Assembly (NCBI RefSeq): GCF_000143415.4
Contig: NW_003314279.1
Location: forward strand, 1,332,659-1,396,658
Source of the DNA: Selaginella moellendorffii
Taxonomy: Eukaryota > Plantae > Lycopodiophyta
DNA: 64,000 bases
Reading direction: 5' to 3'
Positions 1 through 11,838 of this stretch are shown one piece after another; the stretch's first letter is position 1, and the number at the start of each line of letters is the position of its first letter. A program made the translations under genes and the position numbers. The notes beneath the pieces are model-generated. The model was not told the origin of the DNA. It was given only the letters and a program-made list of their open reading frames with translations, and made no database searches.

Positions 1-407
1 GGCATGAGCGCGAACACTCGCCGCGCCTCGTCGGGTTGCCCGGCGTGCGCGCAGGCGCCCACCATCGTCGCCCACGAGTTGCAATCCCTGCTGCCGCGCA
101 TCGCTGCGAATGCGTCGCCCGCGTCGCGGAGTCGGCCATTGCGGCCGTAGGCGCTGATGAGGATGTTCCAGGAGTAGGAGTTGGGCTTGTCGATCGAAAG
201 GAAAACCTCGCGTGCGAGACACAAGTCCCCGCATTTGCCATAGGTGTCGAGCAAAAGATTGGCGAGGTAGCGGCTGCGCCGGAATTGGGGGCTATGGCGG
301 ATGAAAGAATGGAGGCGGCGGGCCTGCGCTAGATCCTTGGCGGCGCCACTGCCGCTCAAGAGGCGGCCAAGAGCGAAAAGCTCGCGCCTGACACTCTCAT
401 CGGTCAT
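1..407 (-). CDS. PLS-class pentatricopeptide repeat protein, 5' part (runs off window start)
   Basis: Manual translation from ATG at 407: MTDESVRRELFALGRLL...RYLANLLLDTYGKCGDLCLAREVFLSIDKPNSYSWNILISAYGRNGRLRDA...DCNSWATMVGACAHAGQPDEARRVFALM. Typical PLS PPR motifs; not in the ORF track. Confidence 0.85.
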   Translation of the reverse strand, partial: MTDESVRRELFALGRLLSGSGAAKDLAQARRLHSFIRHSPQFRRSRYLANLLLDTYGKCGDLCLAREVFLSIDKPNSYSWNILISAYGRNGRLRDAGDAFAAMRGSRDCNSWATMVGACAHAGQPDEARRVFALM

Positions 408-414
408 AAAACCC

Positions 415-485
415 AGTCAATGAGTCCACTCGTAGACTGAAAAAGTCGTCCACTCCTTGACTAAGAAGTCAACTCAACCAGTCAA
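415..485. promoter_or_regulatory. Bidirectional promoter with four W-box (TTGACT) matches
   Basis: AGTCAA at 415-420, 467-472 and 480-485 and TTGACT at 457-462, inside the 123 bp between two divergent PPR start codons. Confidence 0.45.
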
Positions 486-530
486 AGAGTCCCACCTTTT
501 GGACTGTGCATCGCTCGCGCGATCGCGTTC

Positions 531-2561
531 ATGAGCAGGATTCTTCGCCAATTACTCCGGCAAGAGATCGATTCTTCGCCTTGCTCGCAGCAGTCCCCCG
601 CGGATCTAGATCTACATTCACTGATTCGATTGCTCCACCTCTCCCACGATCTCCCCTCCCTCCGGCGAGCCCACGCCGCGATCACGCACAGCAAACACGC
701 CCACTGCCGCTTCCTCGCCAATCTCCTCGTCGATCTCTACGGCAAATGCGGGAGCCCCAGGGAGGCGCTGGCGGTCTTCAGCGAGATCAGCGATCCAAAC
801 TCCTACTCCTGGAATTTTATGCTCCGGGCCTATCTCCTCGGCGGACAGATGATCGAGTTCCAGCAATTCTTCGATAAAATGCGCGCGAGAAACGCTGTTT
901 CCTGGACGACTGCTGTGGAGGCTTATGCCCAGGCAGGGTATCTAGGGGAAGCTCGCTCATACTTTTCAAGGATGCCACACCACAGCGTAATCGCTTCTAC
1001 GTCCTTGATGGTAGCTTACGCGCAATATGGTTATCTTGATCAATCAAAAGAAATGTTTGATCAAATGCTCAGAAAGACAGAGGTAACTTGGAACGCTATG
1101 CTAGAAGCATATGCCCAAGACGGGCAACTTACTTATGCAGAGTTTATTTTTTATATACAGCCTAGGTGGAGCATAGTCTCGTTTACAACTGTAATTGTCC
1201 TTTACTCGCAGTTTGGCCAGATAGTAAAAGCCACTCAAATGTTTAACGAAGTCGCTGACAAAGATGTTGTTGCTTGGGGAGCTCTCCTCTCGGCAAATGC
1301 CGAGAACGGGGATTTGCAGACCGCCGAGAAGATTTTCTACCTCATGCCCGGCTGGAGCGTCGCGGCTTGCAACTCCGTCGTTGCGGCCTATGGAAACGAA
1401 GGTCTCGTCGACAAAGCAAGGCTCGTGTTTGATCGAATGCCCGATCGAAACCTTGTCACGTACAACGTCCTCCTCTCATCTCTCGCTCAGCATCGATTCC
1501 ACGACTCCAAGAGCCTGTTCGACGCCATGAAGCAGCGAAACATCATCTCATGGAACAACATCCTGCGAGCTTTCGTCGAGAGCCAGCAGCTGGACGCGGC
1601 GGAGGGTCTGTTCTTCGCAAAGTTCCCACACTACAACCTCGTGTCGTGGAACATCATGCTTGGAGCTCGCAAGGATTCGAGTCGAACTCGGCAGCTTTTC
1701 GATCGAATGCCCCACAAGGACGTGATCTCGTGGTCCGTTCTCCTTCAAGCTTACGCCGACGCCGGCCACTGCTCGCTTGAGGCCAAGCTTGTCTTCCTCC
1801 GGCTCCCTCGCTGGAACTCTTTCAGCTGGAACGCCGTGATCCAGATCTACGCCCAGGCACGCAAGCCGGACGAGTGCTGGGAGCTCTTCCAGCGATCGCC
1901 CAGCAGGAACATCGTCTCCTGGAGCCTCATGATCCAGGCGTTCTTCCTAGCGGATCGAGCCGCCAGAGCCGTGGAGGCCTTTAGCCTGATACCACGCAGG
2001 AACTTGCTGCTCGGGAACTCGATGATCGCCGCCTTGTCCCACCGCGGCCATCTCGAAGTCGCCTTGAGCGTCTTCGAGCAGCAAGCCCCCTCGTCCGACA
2101 CTTTCTCCTGGACGTCCATGATCCAGGCCTACGCTCGAAGCTCACAGCTCCACCGCGCTCTCCGGATGCTGGCGAGGATGCTGCTCGAGGGCGTGGAGGC
2201 AACGGAGGCGACGGTGACGGCGCTGCTCACTGGGTGTGGATTTGGCGGCGAGGTTGACGAGGCGAGGAAGCACTTCTTGCGGATGGAGGATGACTTTGGC
2301 GTGAGGCCGAGCTTGACACACTTCCACTGCCTCGTGGACGCGCTGGGGCGAGGCAAGAAGCTGGATGAGGCGGAGGAGCTCGTGGAGACGATGCCATATC
2401 TGCCGGATAAGGTGTCGTGGGTGTCGCTGCTGGCTGCGTGTAGAATGCATGGCGATGGCGGGCGAGCGAAACGAGCAGCCTCCAGGATTCTAGAACTCGA
2501 CTCGCAAAACACGGCGGCCTCCATTCTTCTGGAAGAGTCAACTAGAGTCAGCGCTTGTTGA
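531..2561 (+). CDS. PLS-class PPR protein with C-terminal E domain (RNA-editing factor type), no DYW
   Basis: 676 aa intronless ORF with tandem short PPR motifs (xxVSWxxxxxAYAQxG). Ends with HFHCLVDALGR...MPYLPDKVSWVSLLAACRMHGD, an E-domain signature. Confidence 0.93.
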   Translation: MSRILRQLLRQEIDSSPCSQQSPADLDLHSLIRLLHLSHDLPSLRRAHAAITHSKHAHCRFLANLLVDLYGKCGSPREALAVFSEISDPNSYSWNFMLRAYLLGGQMIEFQQFFDKMRARNAVSWTTAVEAYAQAGYLGEARSYFSRMPHHSVIASTSLMVAYAQYGYLDQSKEMFDQMLRKTEVTWNAMLEAYAQDGQLTYAEFIFYIQPRWSIVSFTTVIVLYSQFGQIVKATQMFNEVADKDVVAWGALLSANAENGDLQTAEKIFYLMPGWSVAACNSVVAAYGNEGLVDKARLVFDRMPDRNLVTYNVLLSSLAQHRFHDSKSLFDAMKQRNIISWNNILRAFVESQQLDAAEGLFFAKFPHYNLVSWNIMLGARKDSSRTRQLFDRMPHKDVISWSVLLQAYADAGHCSLEAKLVFLRLPRWNSFSWNAVIQIYAQARKPDECWELFQRSPSRNIVSWSLMIQAFFLADRAARAVEAFSLIPRRNLLLGNSMIAALSHRGHLEVALSVFEQQAPSSDTFSWTSMIQAYARSSQLHRALRMLARMLLEGVEATEATVTALLTGCGFGGEVDEARKHFLRMEDDFGVRPSLTHFHCLVDALGRGKKLDEAEELVETMPYLPDKVSWVSLLAACRMHGDGGRAKRAASRILELDSQNTAASILLEESTRVSAC

Positions 2562-2692
2562 GGAAGAACTCACAAGTTTTTGTTGCTGGAAAGTCACATT
2601 TTTCTTCGTTGATGCTGCTTGAGATGAAAGAGAGACAAAGTGGATCAAGAAAATACAGAGTTTTCATAAAAAAAGAACTTACCACTGTGCTG

Positions 2693-4355
2693 CTATGAAT
2701 CCCAGGACGACACACCACCGCCACCAATGTCAGGCGCCTCCAAGGCATTTGCCAAAGATGACGGCGCAGTGAGCTCGGCTTTGGGCTTCTTGGGCTTCTT
2801 GCGTGTTTCTCTGCCGCCGCCCTCGATGATGGAAACCACCTTAGAATCTTGCTTGGGCGCATCCTTCCGTTTTTTCTCACGGGGTTTCTCCGTGTTGTCT
2901 TTAGCAGCAGCGCTAACAGCGTCGGCGCTCGATGCAACAAGCTCGATGAACGGCTTCGCCTCTGTCAATTCATCGCGGCTGTCATCTTTGACACTTGCGG
3001 CAACTGTCTCTTTCTGCTGTCGTATTGCGCGCTGCTCGGTGGTTTGCTTTGGCTTGTTCCTGTGTTTCGTCCTCTGTTTGTTGTCTGTGGGCCGGCCATC
3101 GAATACTTGCAGGTCAGGAACTAGACTCTTTACCTGAGTACAATCAAACAAACATCCGTGTAAGCAAAGATGAAAGACCAAAAGCTTACATCGTCAGGAT
3201 AATTAGCCTCATCGCAGAGAGGATTTCCTCGCAGGCTCAGGTTCGCCAGGGATTGCAATTGTTTCAAGACCTTCGCTAAAAATTCAGTTGAGTGCACGAG
3301 CAGAACTTGGATTTACGTACCTTGACACATTTGAATGTTTTAATACTGTTGTGTCCCACATCAATAATCCGCAAACGAGAATTTAGCCCCAGTTCCTTCG
3401 GGAGTTTCTGCAGGATAGAAAAATCATAATAATACGATCATCCGGAAAAGAGCTACCTTTAAGTGATTATGTGCAAGCCGAAGCTCTTCCAAGAGCAGAC
3501 AGTTACTTATCGAGCTTCCCAAATCCTTGATCTCGCAATGAGAGAGGGATAGCTACAGCAAACATTCTAGTTTACAAGAAGACTGCCGGAAAAGAACAAA
3601 ACGCTTACCTTCTTAAGTGATGTAAGCCTTGTCAAAGATGTCCCAAGGCTGGAGATGGGGTTTTGGGAGAGAACTTCGTAGCAAGCACGGTTAGAGTTGA
3701 CAGATAAAACTGAAATCCAATCTACCTAGAGTGTCGAGGTTCACAAGTTCGTCAAAGGCTCCGATAGAAGTGATCTGATTATCTGTATGAACCGTCTTAC
3801 TCAATCAAAAAGACTCGATAAAGAACAGACCGTTCAGAATCAGAGCGCGAAGCTCTCTAAGCTTTGCAAGCATTTCCGTTGATGTAAGCTCGTTTTTGCT
3901 ACAGTTGAGAACCTGGAACGAAACAAACACAATGAAAGAGAAGCGAGGAAGAAATACGAAAGAAAAGAAAGAGCTTTACTCACTGAAAGATTTTTCAGGC
4001 CCTCTAGACCCTTCAAAGACGTGAGCTTGTTCCCAGAGAGTGAAAGCCATTTCAACTTTTTCAAAGGAGCAAGAGCCTAACAATGGAGCGACCAGTTCCT
4101 CAGAAATGAAAGGAGAAAAACCCCTATTCACATACCTCAACACTCGTGAGAAGATTCCCAGAGAGGTCAATGCGTGTGAGATTGCCGCAGGAATGCAGCT
4201 CATCCGAAATCTATCGAAGCACTGTTTTAGCAAGATTTTCCTCCGCCAATGTCATCACAACACACCTCATCAATCTTCCGGCGAGCAAGCGCCAGCTCGC
4301 CCAGCGCCGGCGCGTCGCCGATCCCAGAGATCAGTTTGCCGTCGAGAATCACCAT
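2693..4355 (-). CDS. Leucine-rich repeat protein (SDS22/PP1 regulatory subunit-like), multi-exon
   Basis: Exons encode LxxLxLxxNxL repeats (LKWLSLSGNKLTSLKGLEGLKNL, LRLAHNHL, LRIIDVGHNSI), an LRR cap (VKSLVPDLQVFDGRP) and a Lys-rich tail ending GGGGVSSWDS. Start MVILDGKLI at 4355. Confidence 0.8.
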
Positions 4356-4435
4356 CTAAAGCCCTAACCTAAACCATTCCCGCCAAAAACGTTTATAAAG
4401 AAGATAAAATCCTAAAAAGAACCCTAAAAACAGAG

Positions 4436-5683
4436 TCACCAGCTAGTGATCCACTGCTGCAATTCTAGCGAGCGCTTCCTCCACCACTTGGGCTTCTTCT
4501 TCCTCACTGGTATGTACACAGATTTTCCCTTGTACATCGACGCCAGGCACTCCCTGGGCGCGCTCCATCGAAAATCCCCTGCTTCCTTCGCAAAGGACGA
4601 GTTCCGGAAGCGATTGTGCGAGCTCCGGGAGCGATTGACATAGCCGGCCCAATCACTGCTCAGCAGCTGCAAATCCTTGACCTTGCGATGCATCCCAATG
4701 CAGCAATTCGCGTGCATTGTGCAAATCTCGCCCACGCGGTGCTTGGCCTGGCAGAAGCTCCCAAAAAGCTCGGTGCGCAAGAACCTCGTCTTGACGCCCA
4801 TGTCCCAGTACTCGTCCTTGAACATGGCGGCGGTGAGGACGTCTTGATCCGGCTGGCCCGGGAAGGCGAGGCGGGCATGATACCAGTACTTGTAGAGCTG
4901 GAGCGTGCGATTGTTCGCATGGGCGTGCATGAAGCCACAATTTGGATATGCTGAGTCGCCGTGATGGACGGGGTAGTAGTCACAGGCCATCTCCAAATCG
5001 GCATCTGGATGGAAGTGCTGGAATGGATCACGGAACCACATCACATCGGCGTCCTGCAAAGATCTCTCGAGAAGAATTAGGGTTGGGGGGTAATTTTAAA
5101 AGTTGAATTTTAGGGTTCTTACCGAGAAGACGAAGCTATAGCCGAGCTCGAGGACGACGCCCAAGAGGTAGATCCGGCGCCACATGAGCTGGATGAAGTC
5201 GTGGGTCATGAATCCCTTGGCGGAGGCGAAGTCGAGGCCGGTGGTGCGCAGCGCGTAGCAGTGGCTGTGGATGGCCAGGCACAGGTCGTGCGAGATCTTG
5301 TCCACCGCCACGATGAGGAGGTGATCCAGCAAGGGCTCCGTCCCCTGCCCCGCCCGGAAGCTCCCTAAAAAGAGATCCAGGATGCCCGCCGACACCCACG
5401 CCCGGTTGAGCGTCGTGATGATCACCGTCCTGTTCCGGAACGCCGCGGCGCCCAGAGCTTGCTCCAGTCCTCGCAGCTCGCGATGGCTCTACACAGTGGC
5501 TGGATTCCCGCGATCAGATCGAGCAAGAGCTTATCGACTCACGAATTCGGAAGAGAGAACGCGCGTCGGCGATCGATCGCCCAGGTCCGGGGCGTGGAAT
5601 TGCCAGCTCCACAGCGAGCAGAGGTTGTAGGTCCCAAACACCATTAGGGCGATGGACGCGAGCCTCACGGCGCGGCGAGCCAT
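4436..5683 (-). CDS. Nucleotide-diphospho-sugar transferase (GT77-like family), 3 exons
   Basis: N-terminal signal anchor MARRAVRLASIALMVFG, then VIITTLNRAW...MWRRI...LGYSFVFS|DADVMWFRDPF (DxD motif), DQDVL and CTMHANCCIG. Confidence 0.9.
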
Positions 5684-6271
5684 CTCGGGTTGTGTCACTA
5701 GGGCAAGAAACCGGGGCCGTTATGACCGTTAGAAAAGGAATGTGCGAGGGATATGCTGGGTATTCCCGCCAAGATGCTCGGAATATGGGGCCACTGGGCA
5801 AGATGCTCGGGTACTTCGGTGTACGACACTCCGGCTCTGGTGGGTCAATGCATTACGAATGCGCGCGCGCTGCTAAAGCTAGCGGTAGCGAGACGTGTTC
5901 TCCTCAAGTATTGGAAGCGGCGATACCGGGGCGTCTTTATTTTTCCAAGATTCCCGTTTTTGTCGCGTTGCTGGATCTCCATGCATGATTGTGTCATGAC
6001 AACCTTAGACAATCGCGTTGGAGGGCCGATCCAACGGCCAGAGTTCGGTTTTCGATTCGCCCAGGCGTTTCGCAAGGGGGAAAAGAGAGGGAGAATATGC
6101 GAGGGATATTCACCGGTGGGGGTCAACGTGGACAGCCTCCCTCGTCTTCGGAAAAGCTCCGTCACGCTGTGGTGAATATTCACGCGTGGTGTGCGTGGCC
6201 GTGGCCCCCGCCGTTGGATGGGTCGCTAGCGGCGGATGCCAACGGTGGATTTCGCGCCCACCATTTTGTGA

Positions 6272-6300
6272 TGAGAGAGAGAGAGAGAGAGGAGAGAGGG
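6272..6300 (+). repeat. GA-rich microsatellite upstream of NLP
   Basis: gagagagagagagagagaggagagaggg seen directly. Confidence 0.7.
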
Positions 6301-6484
6301 CAAAGTTCCAGAGGATTTTGGTTAGCGGATTCGATTAGATTGTAGCTAATAGGCACTCCTTTTCTTTCTGTTCGTTTTTTCTCACAGATTCGGTCGTGGT
6401 GGTGGTGGTGGTGGAGTCCAATTGCCGCACGATTTCCCGGTGAAATCGACCACCACCGCAAAGAAATGCCCACCTTGCCCAGGA

Positions 6485-9400
6485 ATGTCTGAGAGAGACG
6501 ATGGATTTTTCCAGATGGTGTGCGAGCTCTTGCCAGGAGAAGGAGGAGGTGGAGGAGGAGGAGGAGATTGCTTCATGGATGATCCTGGATTCCCCAATTC
6601 AATTCCACCTGCCGCGGATTGGGCGACCAATTTCCTCACATCGCCTCCATTTCAGTCGGGCAGCTTCTCCTCTCTCTTGGAAGATCTCCTCCTTGCGGAG
6701 CCACCGCCAGAGGATACCGCCGCGTCATCGCAGGATCAACGGGAGGGCGTGGCGGCGGAGGAGGGGGAGGACGAGAAATCGAAAGCGCGCGGCCGCAAGC
6801 CCCACAAATCCGAGCTGTTGGGCGACGTCTTGCGGAGAATCTCGTGTGAGAGAACAGAATTCCTGGCTCAGGTATGGGTGCCCACGATGCGAAACAGCAG
6901 GGTCATGCTTACCACGCAAGACCAGCCATACGCCGTGCAGCCCACCAAATGGGACCTCGTGCGGTACCGCACGCTGTCCGCGCGGTACGCCTTCCCGGTG
7001 GCTGGCGGTAGCATTGGTGAAGTTGGTGGTGACGTGCTGCCCGGGCTGCCGGGCCGGGTGTTCAGCCGTATGCTGCCGGAGTGGAGTCCCAATGTCCAGT
7101 TTTATGACTGTAAAGATTTCTTGCGAGTCCAAGACGCCGCGCGGTGTAACGTGCGGGGAACTCTGGCTGTGCCGGTGATCGAGCCCAATGCTAGAGAGTG
7201 CCTGGCAGTGATTGAGCTTGTCGCCAATGTGGAGAAGGTCGGGTATGAGTCCGAGATGGGAATGATTTGCAAAGCGCTCGAGGCAAGTTTTGTTCTTTCT
7301 TGTGATTAGATTTTTCCGGTTCTTTCATCGATCAAAAAAGTTTTTTGCTTGATCAGTCCTTTTCTCGTGATCGTTTTACTCATATCGTCTCTTCATTTTC
7401 TCATTAGCTTCCAAGCTTCCATTTTGTTCTTAGCTTGATCAAACTTTCTTCTTTTCAGGACATAAATCTCTCGAGTTGGCCCAGATGCGGAGTACCCGAG
7501 GTACGTGACACAACTTTAAGGTTCGTTTAGCTCTAAACACATTCTCACAAACTTTAGGTGCCAAAAGCTGGACGAGAGGCTGTGTTCGAGGAGATCTCCG
7601 GAGTTCTTCTAGCAGTGTGTGAGTACCATCAACTTCCACTAGCACAGACATGGATTCCATGCTTCCAGTCCTCCGGCAAGAGCTCCGGGAATAAAAACCT
7701 TCCGTGCTTGGTCGCGAGCCACGCACCGTTTCACGTAAGGGACTCGTCGCTCGAGGGATTCCACCGGGCCTGCTCGCAGCAGAAGCTGGAAGCCGGGCAA
7801 GGCGTCGCTGGGAAAGCCTCCACCACGAACCAGCCGAGCTTCACGAGAGACGTCAAGAGCTACTCCATCGCCGAGTATCCACTAGTGAATTACGCTCGCT
7901 ACTTCAAGCTCGGGGCCGCGGTGGCGATCCGGCTGAGGAGCCGGCTCACTGGCAGCGACGACTACGTCCTGGAGTTTGTTCTCCCGCTCGAATGCACGGA
8001 AGAGGTCGAGCAGTGCAAACTCCTGGACGCTCTCTCGGTCACCATGCAGCAGGCTTGCCAGAGCTTGAGGATGGTTTCTAGCAGAGAAGTTTTGGAGCAG
8101 CGGAGTGTGGTTAGCTCTCCTCGATTCCTGGAGCTTCACAGTGGTGACGAGGAGATGTCGGGTGTTGTGTTCGACAACAGTGGATTGAGTGTCACCACCA
8201 CCGCCACTACGACCACGACGAAAGCTACGGCCAAGAGGAAGAAGTTATGTGGAGATGATCAGAGCTCGTACTGGAGTGCTTGCTCGATTCAAGGCGATGG
8301 CTCCGGCGCTGCCAAGAAAAAAGCGGGAGAGAAGAAGCGTGCCACCAACGAGAAAACGGTGCCTTTGGATGTTCTCCAGCAGCACTTCGCTGGGAGCTTG
8401 AGAGATGCTGCGAGGAACATTGGAGGTTGGTAAAACTTGGATAGTTTTTCGTTAGATTTCCTAGCAAAGAGAAGAGTTCTCTAACTTCGAAAACCGTTTT
8501 TCTTTTCGTCTCCAGTGTGTCCGACGACATTGAAACGGATATGTCGACAGTATGGGATCTCGCGGTGGCCGTCTCGAAAGATAAACAAGGTGAATCGATC
8601 GCTCATGAAGCTGCAAGGAGTTATAAACTCGGTGGAGGGCGCGGACAGGAAAGTGAAGCTTGACATACTGACCGGAGAGATCGCGTCGGCTGCTGCTGCT
8701 ACAGCTGCGATCACATCCAAGACGAGCAATTCAGGTCTTGCAAAGTCAAATTTGTCCTTGCATTTTTTCTCTAAACTTTGCTCTTACAGGTCCATCAACG
8801 AGCAAGAGTTCATCCGAAGCTAGCTTAAAAGCCGAGACTCCAGCAGGAAAAGAAGGTCTCAACGTTTTCCCAGACGGCGGTGGCACTGCTACTTCTCCAA
8901 ACGAAACTCCGGAGATTCACACCACCGAACCGAGAGTGAACTTGCTACCGGCGATCAAGATCGAGCCCCGGGTTCACGGAAGCCACGCAGCTCTCTCGGT
9001 CCTGGATCAACAGAAACTATCTCCCGAGCGCTTGATAGCGAAAAAGCAATCCTCTTCACCACCACTACCACCGCCACCACCACCACCACCAGGAACTCAA
9101 GAACATCAAAGTTTCTATCACCAAAACCAGGCGAGCTACATCGACTGGCCAGCGCTGTCGAACCGAGTTCTATGCTCCAAGGAGGGAACCAACTGTTTCG
9201 AGGAGCGGGCGATCACGGTCAAGGCAACACTGCGAGAAGACACGATTCGATTCAAGATGGGGATGGAGTTTGGATTCGACACGCTCAAGGGCGAGGTGGC
9301 ATGGCGATTCAAGCTGGACAAGGAAGGTTTCACGCTCAAGTACATGGACGACGATGCGGAATGGGTGGTGCTCAATGGCGACGCCGACTTGGAGGAGTGC

Positions 9401-9514
9401 TTGGACGTGATGCGTTTTAGCGGCTCGCGGGTGATCAAGCTCGTCGTCCAGCCTGTGAGCAATCCAAACGCCGGATCGCCGATTTCGCCCAGCTTCTGCA
9501 GTGTCAATTCGTGA
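6485..9514 (+). CDS. NLP: NIN-like protein (GAF-like + RWP-RK + PB1) transcription factor, about 5 exons
   Basis: [14 protein letters not shown]...[37 protein letters not shown]|[26 protein letters not shown], and PB1 domain [12 protein letters not shown]...[11 protein letters not shown]. Start codon approximate. Confidence 0.95.
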
Positions 9515-9777
9515 ACTTGATAGATGTGATCTTGAGTTGTAGCCTAGTTTTCTATTTTCTTCGTTTGTACAGGGGCAAAGTTCTGGTTTTGTTAGTGGGA
9601 GAACGCAAAAAAAAATGGAGATAATTGTGAATTTTCTGTACAAGAACGCAAAAAAAAAAAAAAAATGATGAAAATTTGTAAAATTTCCAAGGGGTCTGGG
9701 GTTCGAATCACGGCGATAGCACACTTGGTTAGGGTTTCTCAAAATCGCGTCTCCAGGGTTTGCGAGAGCGCGCGGCC

Positions 9778-11838
9778 ATGGAAATCGATCTGGTGGTGAC
9801 TGGCGTCCACACGAGGCTCTTCGACGACGATCCCGCAGCTGCATTCGTCGCCTCGGACGAGGCGCTGGTCCCCTGGAGCGAGGATGCCGACGTTCTCATG
9901 GATCGCTACGATGTCCGCCACTTGATCCACGACGCCAGTGTTTTCCAGCGCCGGCACCGCCACTCCAGCCCCGTGGACGAAGGAATTTCGCAGGAGGAGC
10001 TCGATTACGAGCGGTATAGGGATTTCCACGAGGCTAGCCGCGAGCTTGAAAGAGGTAAGCGTGTGGTTTTCTTCGTTGTGTGTGACTCGGATTTATTTAC
10101 TTGCTTGTAGATAAAGCTGGGAACGATGGAGCCACGGCTTCCACCTCTGGCCTCTACACCAGCGTCCCCTTCGACTATCCCAAAGAGAAAGACAGCGAAA
10201 AAGAGAAAGAGAAGCAACCGCCGCCACCCGACCAAGAGGAGGCGCTCTTTGTTCCTGGCTTTCCCGTCCCGGACCATTTGCAGCCTCACCTTGTAAGTAG
10301 AAACTCCCCACGGGCGCATGAGAATCAAAAGCACTCTTTTTTTCTCGTCTAAGCCGTTCTCTCGAGTTGCAGTGGTTTTTAGCATGGAAGATTGCTGGCG
10401 CTGTGCTGGTATGGTGGAGAATTAATGGCTTTGAATTGGCAAACTGATGGCACACACAGGTGTGTGATTGCGAGGGGATGCGTGCTGGTAATGGGTAGAA
10501 CACCTTATCTAAAATTTCCAAGCTAGAAGTCTACTTCCTTGATTCTTTCTTTTCTGAAGCTTTCTAACTTGTGGATCTTGTGGATTGTGTTTCCAGCCTA
10601 GGTCCCAGAAGATACACCAGATCATCAGCGGGACTGCCAAGTTTGTCAGCGAGCGTGGTGGACAGGCCGAAGTTATCCTCAAAGTAAAGCAGGCAGGCAA
10701 TCCAAAGTTTGGATTCTTGCTATCGGATCACGTTCTCCATCCTTACTTCCGGTACCTGGTGGATCACCCGGAGGTGACAGGAGCGATGCTCAGATCTTTT
10801 CCACCGCCACCGCCATCACGGCTTGGCAGCGCTTCCATCACGAAACCAGCGGAAGGACTGAGATTGCTGGGCGAAGTCTACGGAGAGAACGACGAAGAGA
10901 ATGACAAGAGCTTGAGCTTGCCACCAACAGTGGAGATCAGAACTATCAAGGAACCACCTCCATACATTAAGACGGTCATCGACAAGATGGTGGAGTTCAT
11001 CGCCAGGAACGGGAAGGACTTCGAGGACGTTGTCCGGGACAAGGATAAGTCAGACGAGCGCTTCCACTTTCTCCATCCATGGCACGAGTATCATCCTTAC
11101 TACTTGAGGATGCTGCAAAACGCTGACCAGGTAGCTTTCTCTCTTTGTTTCCTTCTCATTCTTTCCAGTCCAGTGAAGTTTTACTCTCTTACTCTCTTGT
11201 GATCACAGGCTACCTCGAGACGGCGATCGAGTTTAAGCAAGCATAGACAAGCGTCCAAGCCACCGGCGAACCTCAAGGCGAGCTCGAGTTCTTCCTCCCA
11301 GGAAGTAAATAGCCGGCAAAGACGGAGAAGCACTCGGTTTGATGTTCCTCCCCCAAGGGATGAGACCAAGACAGCACCTCACGGGGCACGGGGCGGTCTT
11401 CCAGTGGTTTCCAGTGAGGACGAGTTCGTCAAGGACATCGAGTCGAGCAGCAGAGGTATCGATTGGAACCAGCAACAGCAGTCTGGGATGAGCTACGATG
11501 ATGCTCTAGCGGCAGTCCTGGCAGCAACCCGAGGGATCCAGAAGCCAAGGAAAGCTGTCGCGGAGGCCACGAGCAGGACGGAGGAGGAGATCAAGGCGGA
11601 TATAAAGGCCGAGAGGTTGAAGAGAGCAAAGATGCTTGTGAGAGAAGGTGGCGGCCCGGGGGACAATAGCTCAGAGAAGTCCAGTGAGAAAGACGAGCGG
11701 AGGAGGCTGCGGGATGACAAGGTTGAAAATGGACACGAGCGAAAGAGGAAGCACCATCACACAAATGGCCAGGGGGTCGAGGGAGAAGTACCGGATGATA
11801 TTCGAGCTAAAGTGAGAGCCATGCTTCAGCAGCTATGA
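9778..11838 (+). CDS. SWAP: Suppressor-of-white-apricot splicing factor homolog (DRY_EERY + two SURP domains)
   Basis: MDRYDVRHL...DYERYRD N-terminal domain; SURP motifs IISGTAKFV...FGFLLSDHVLHPYFRY and IDKMVEFIARNG...FLHPWHEYHPYY; KAERLKRAKM. Telo-box ttagggttt at 9729. Confidence 0.9.

Noticed and set aside
9690-9720. tRNA-like GGTTCGAATC motif upstream of SWAP
   Set aside because: No A-box, anticodon arm or acceptor-stem pairing could be built, so it is not called as a tRNA.
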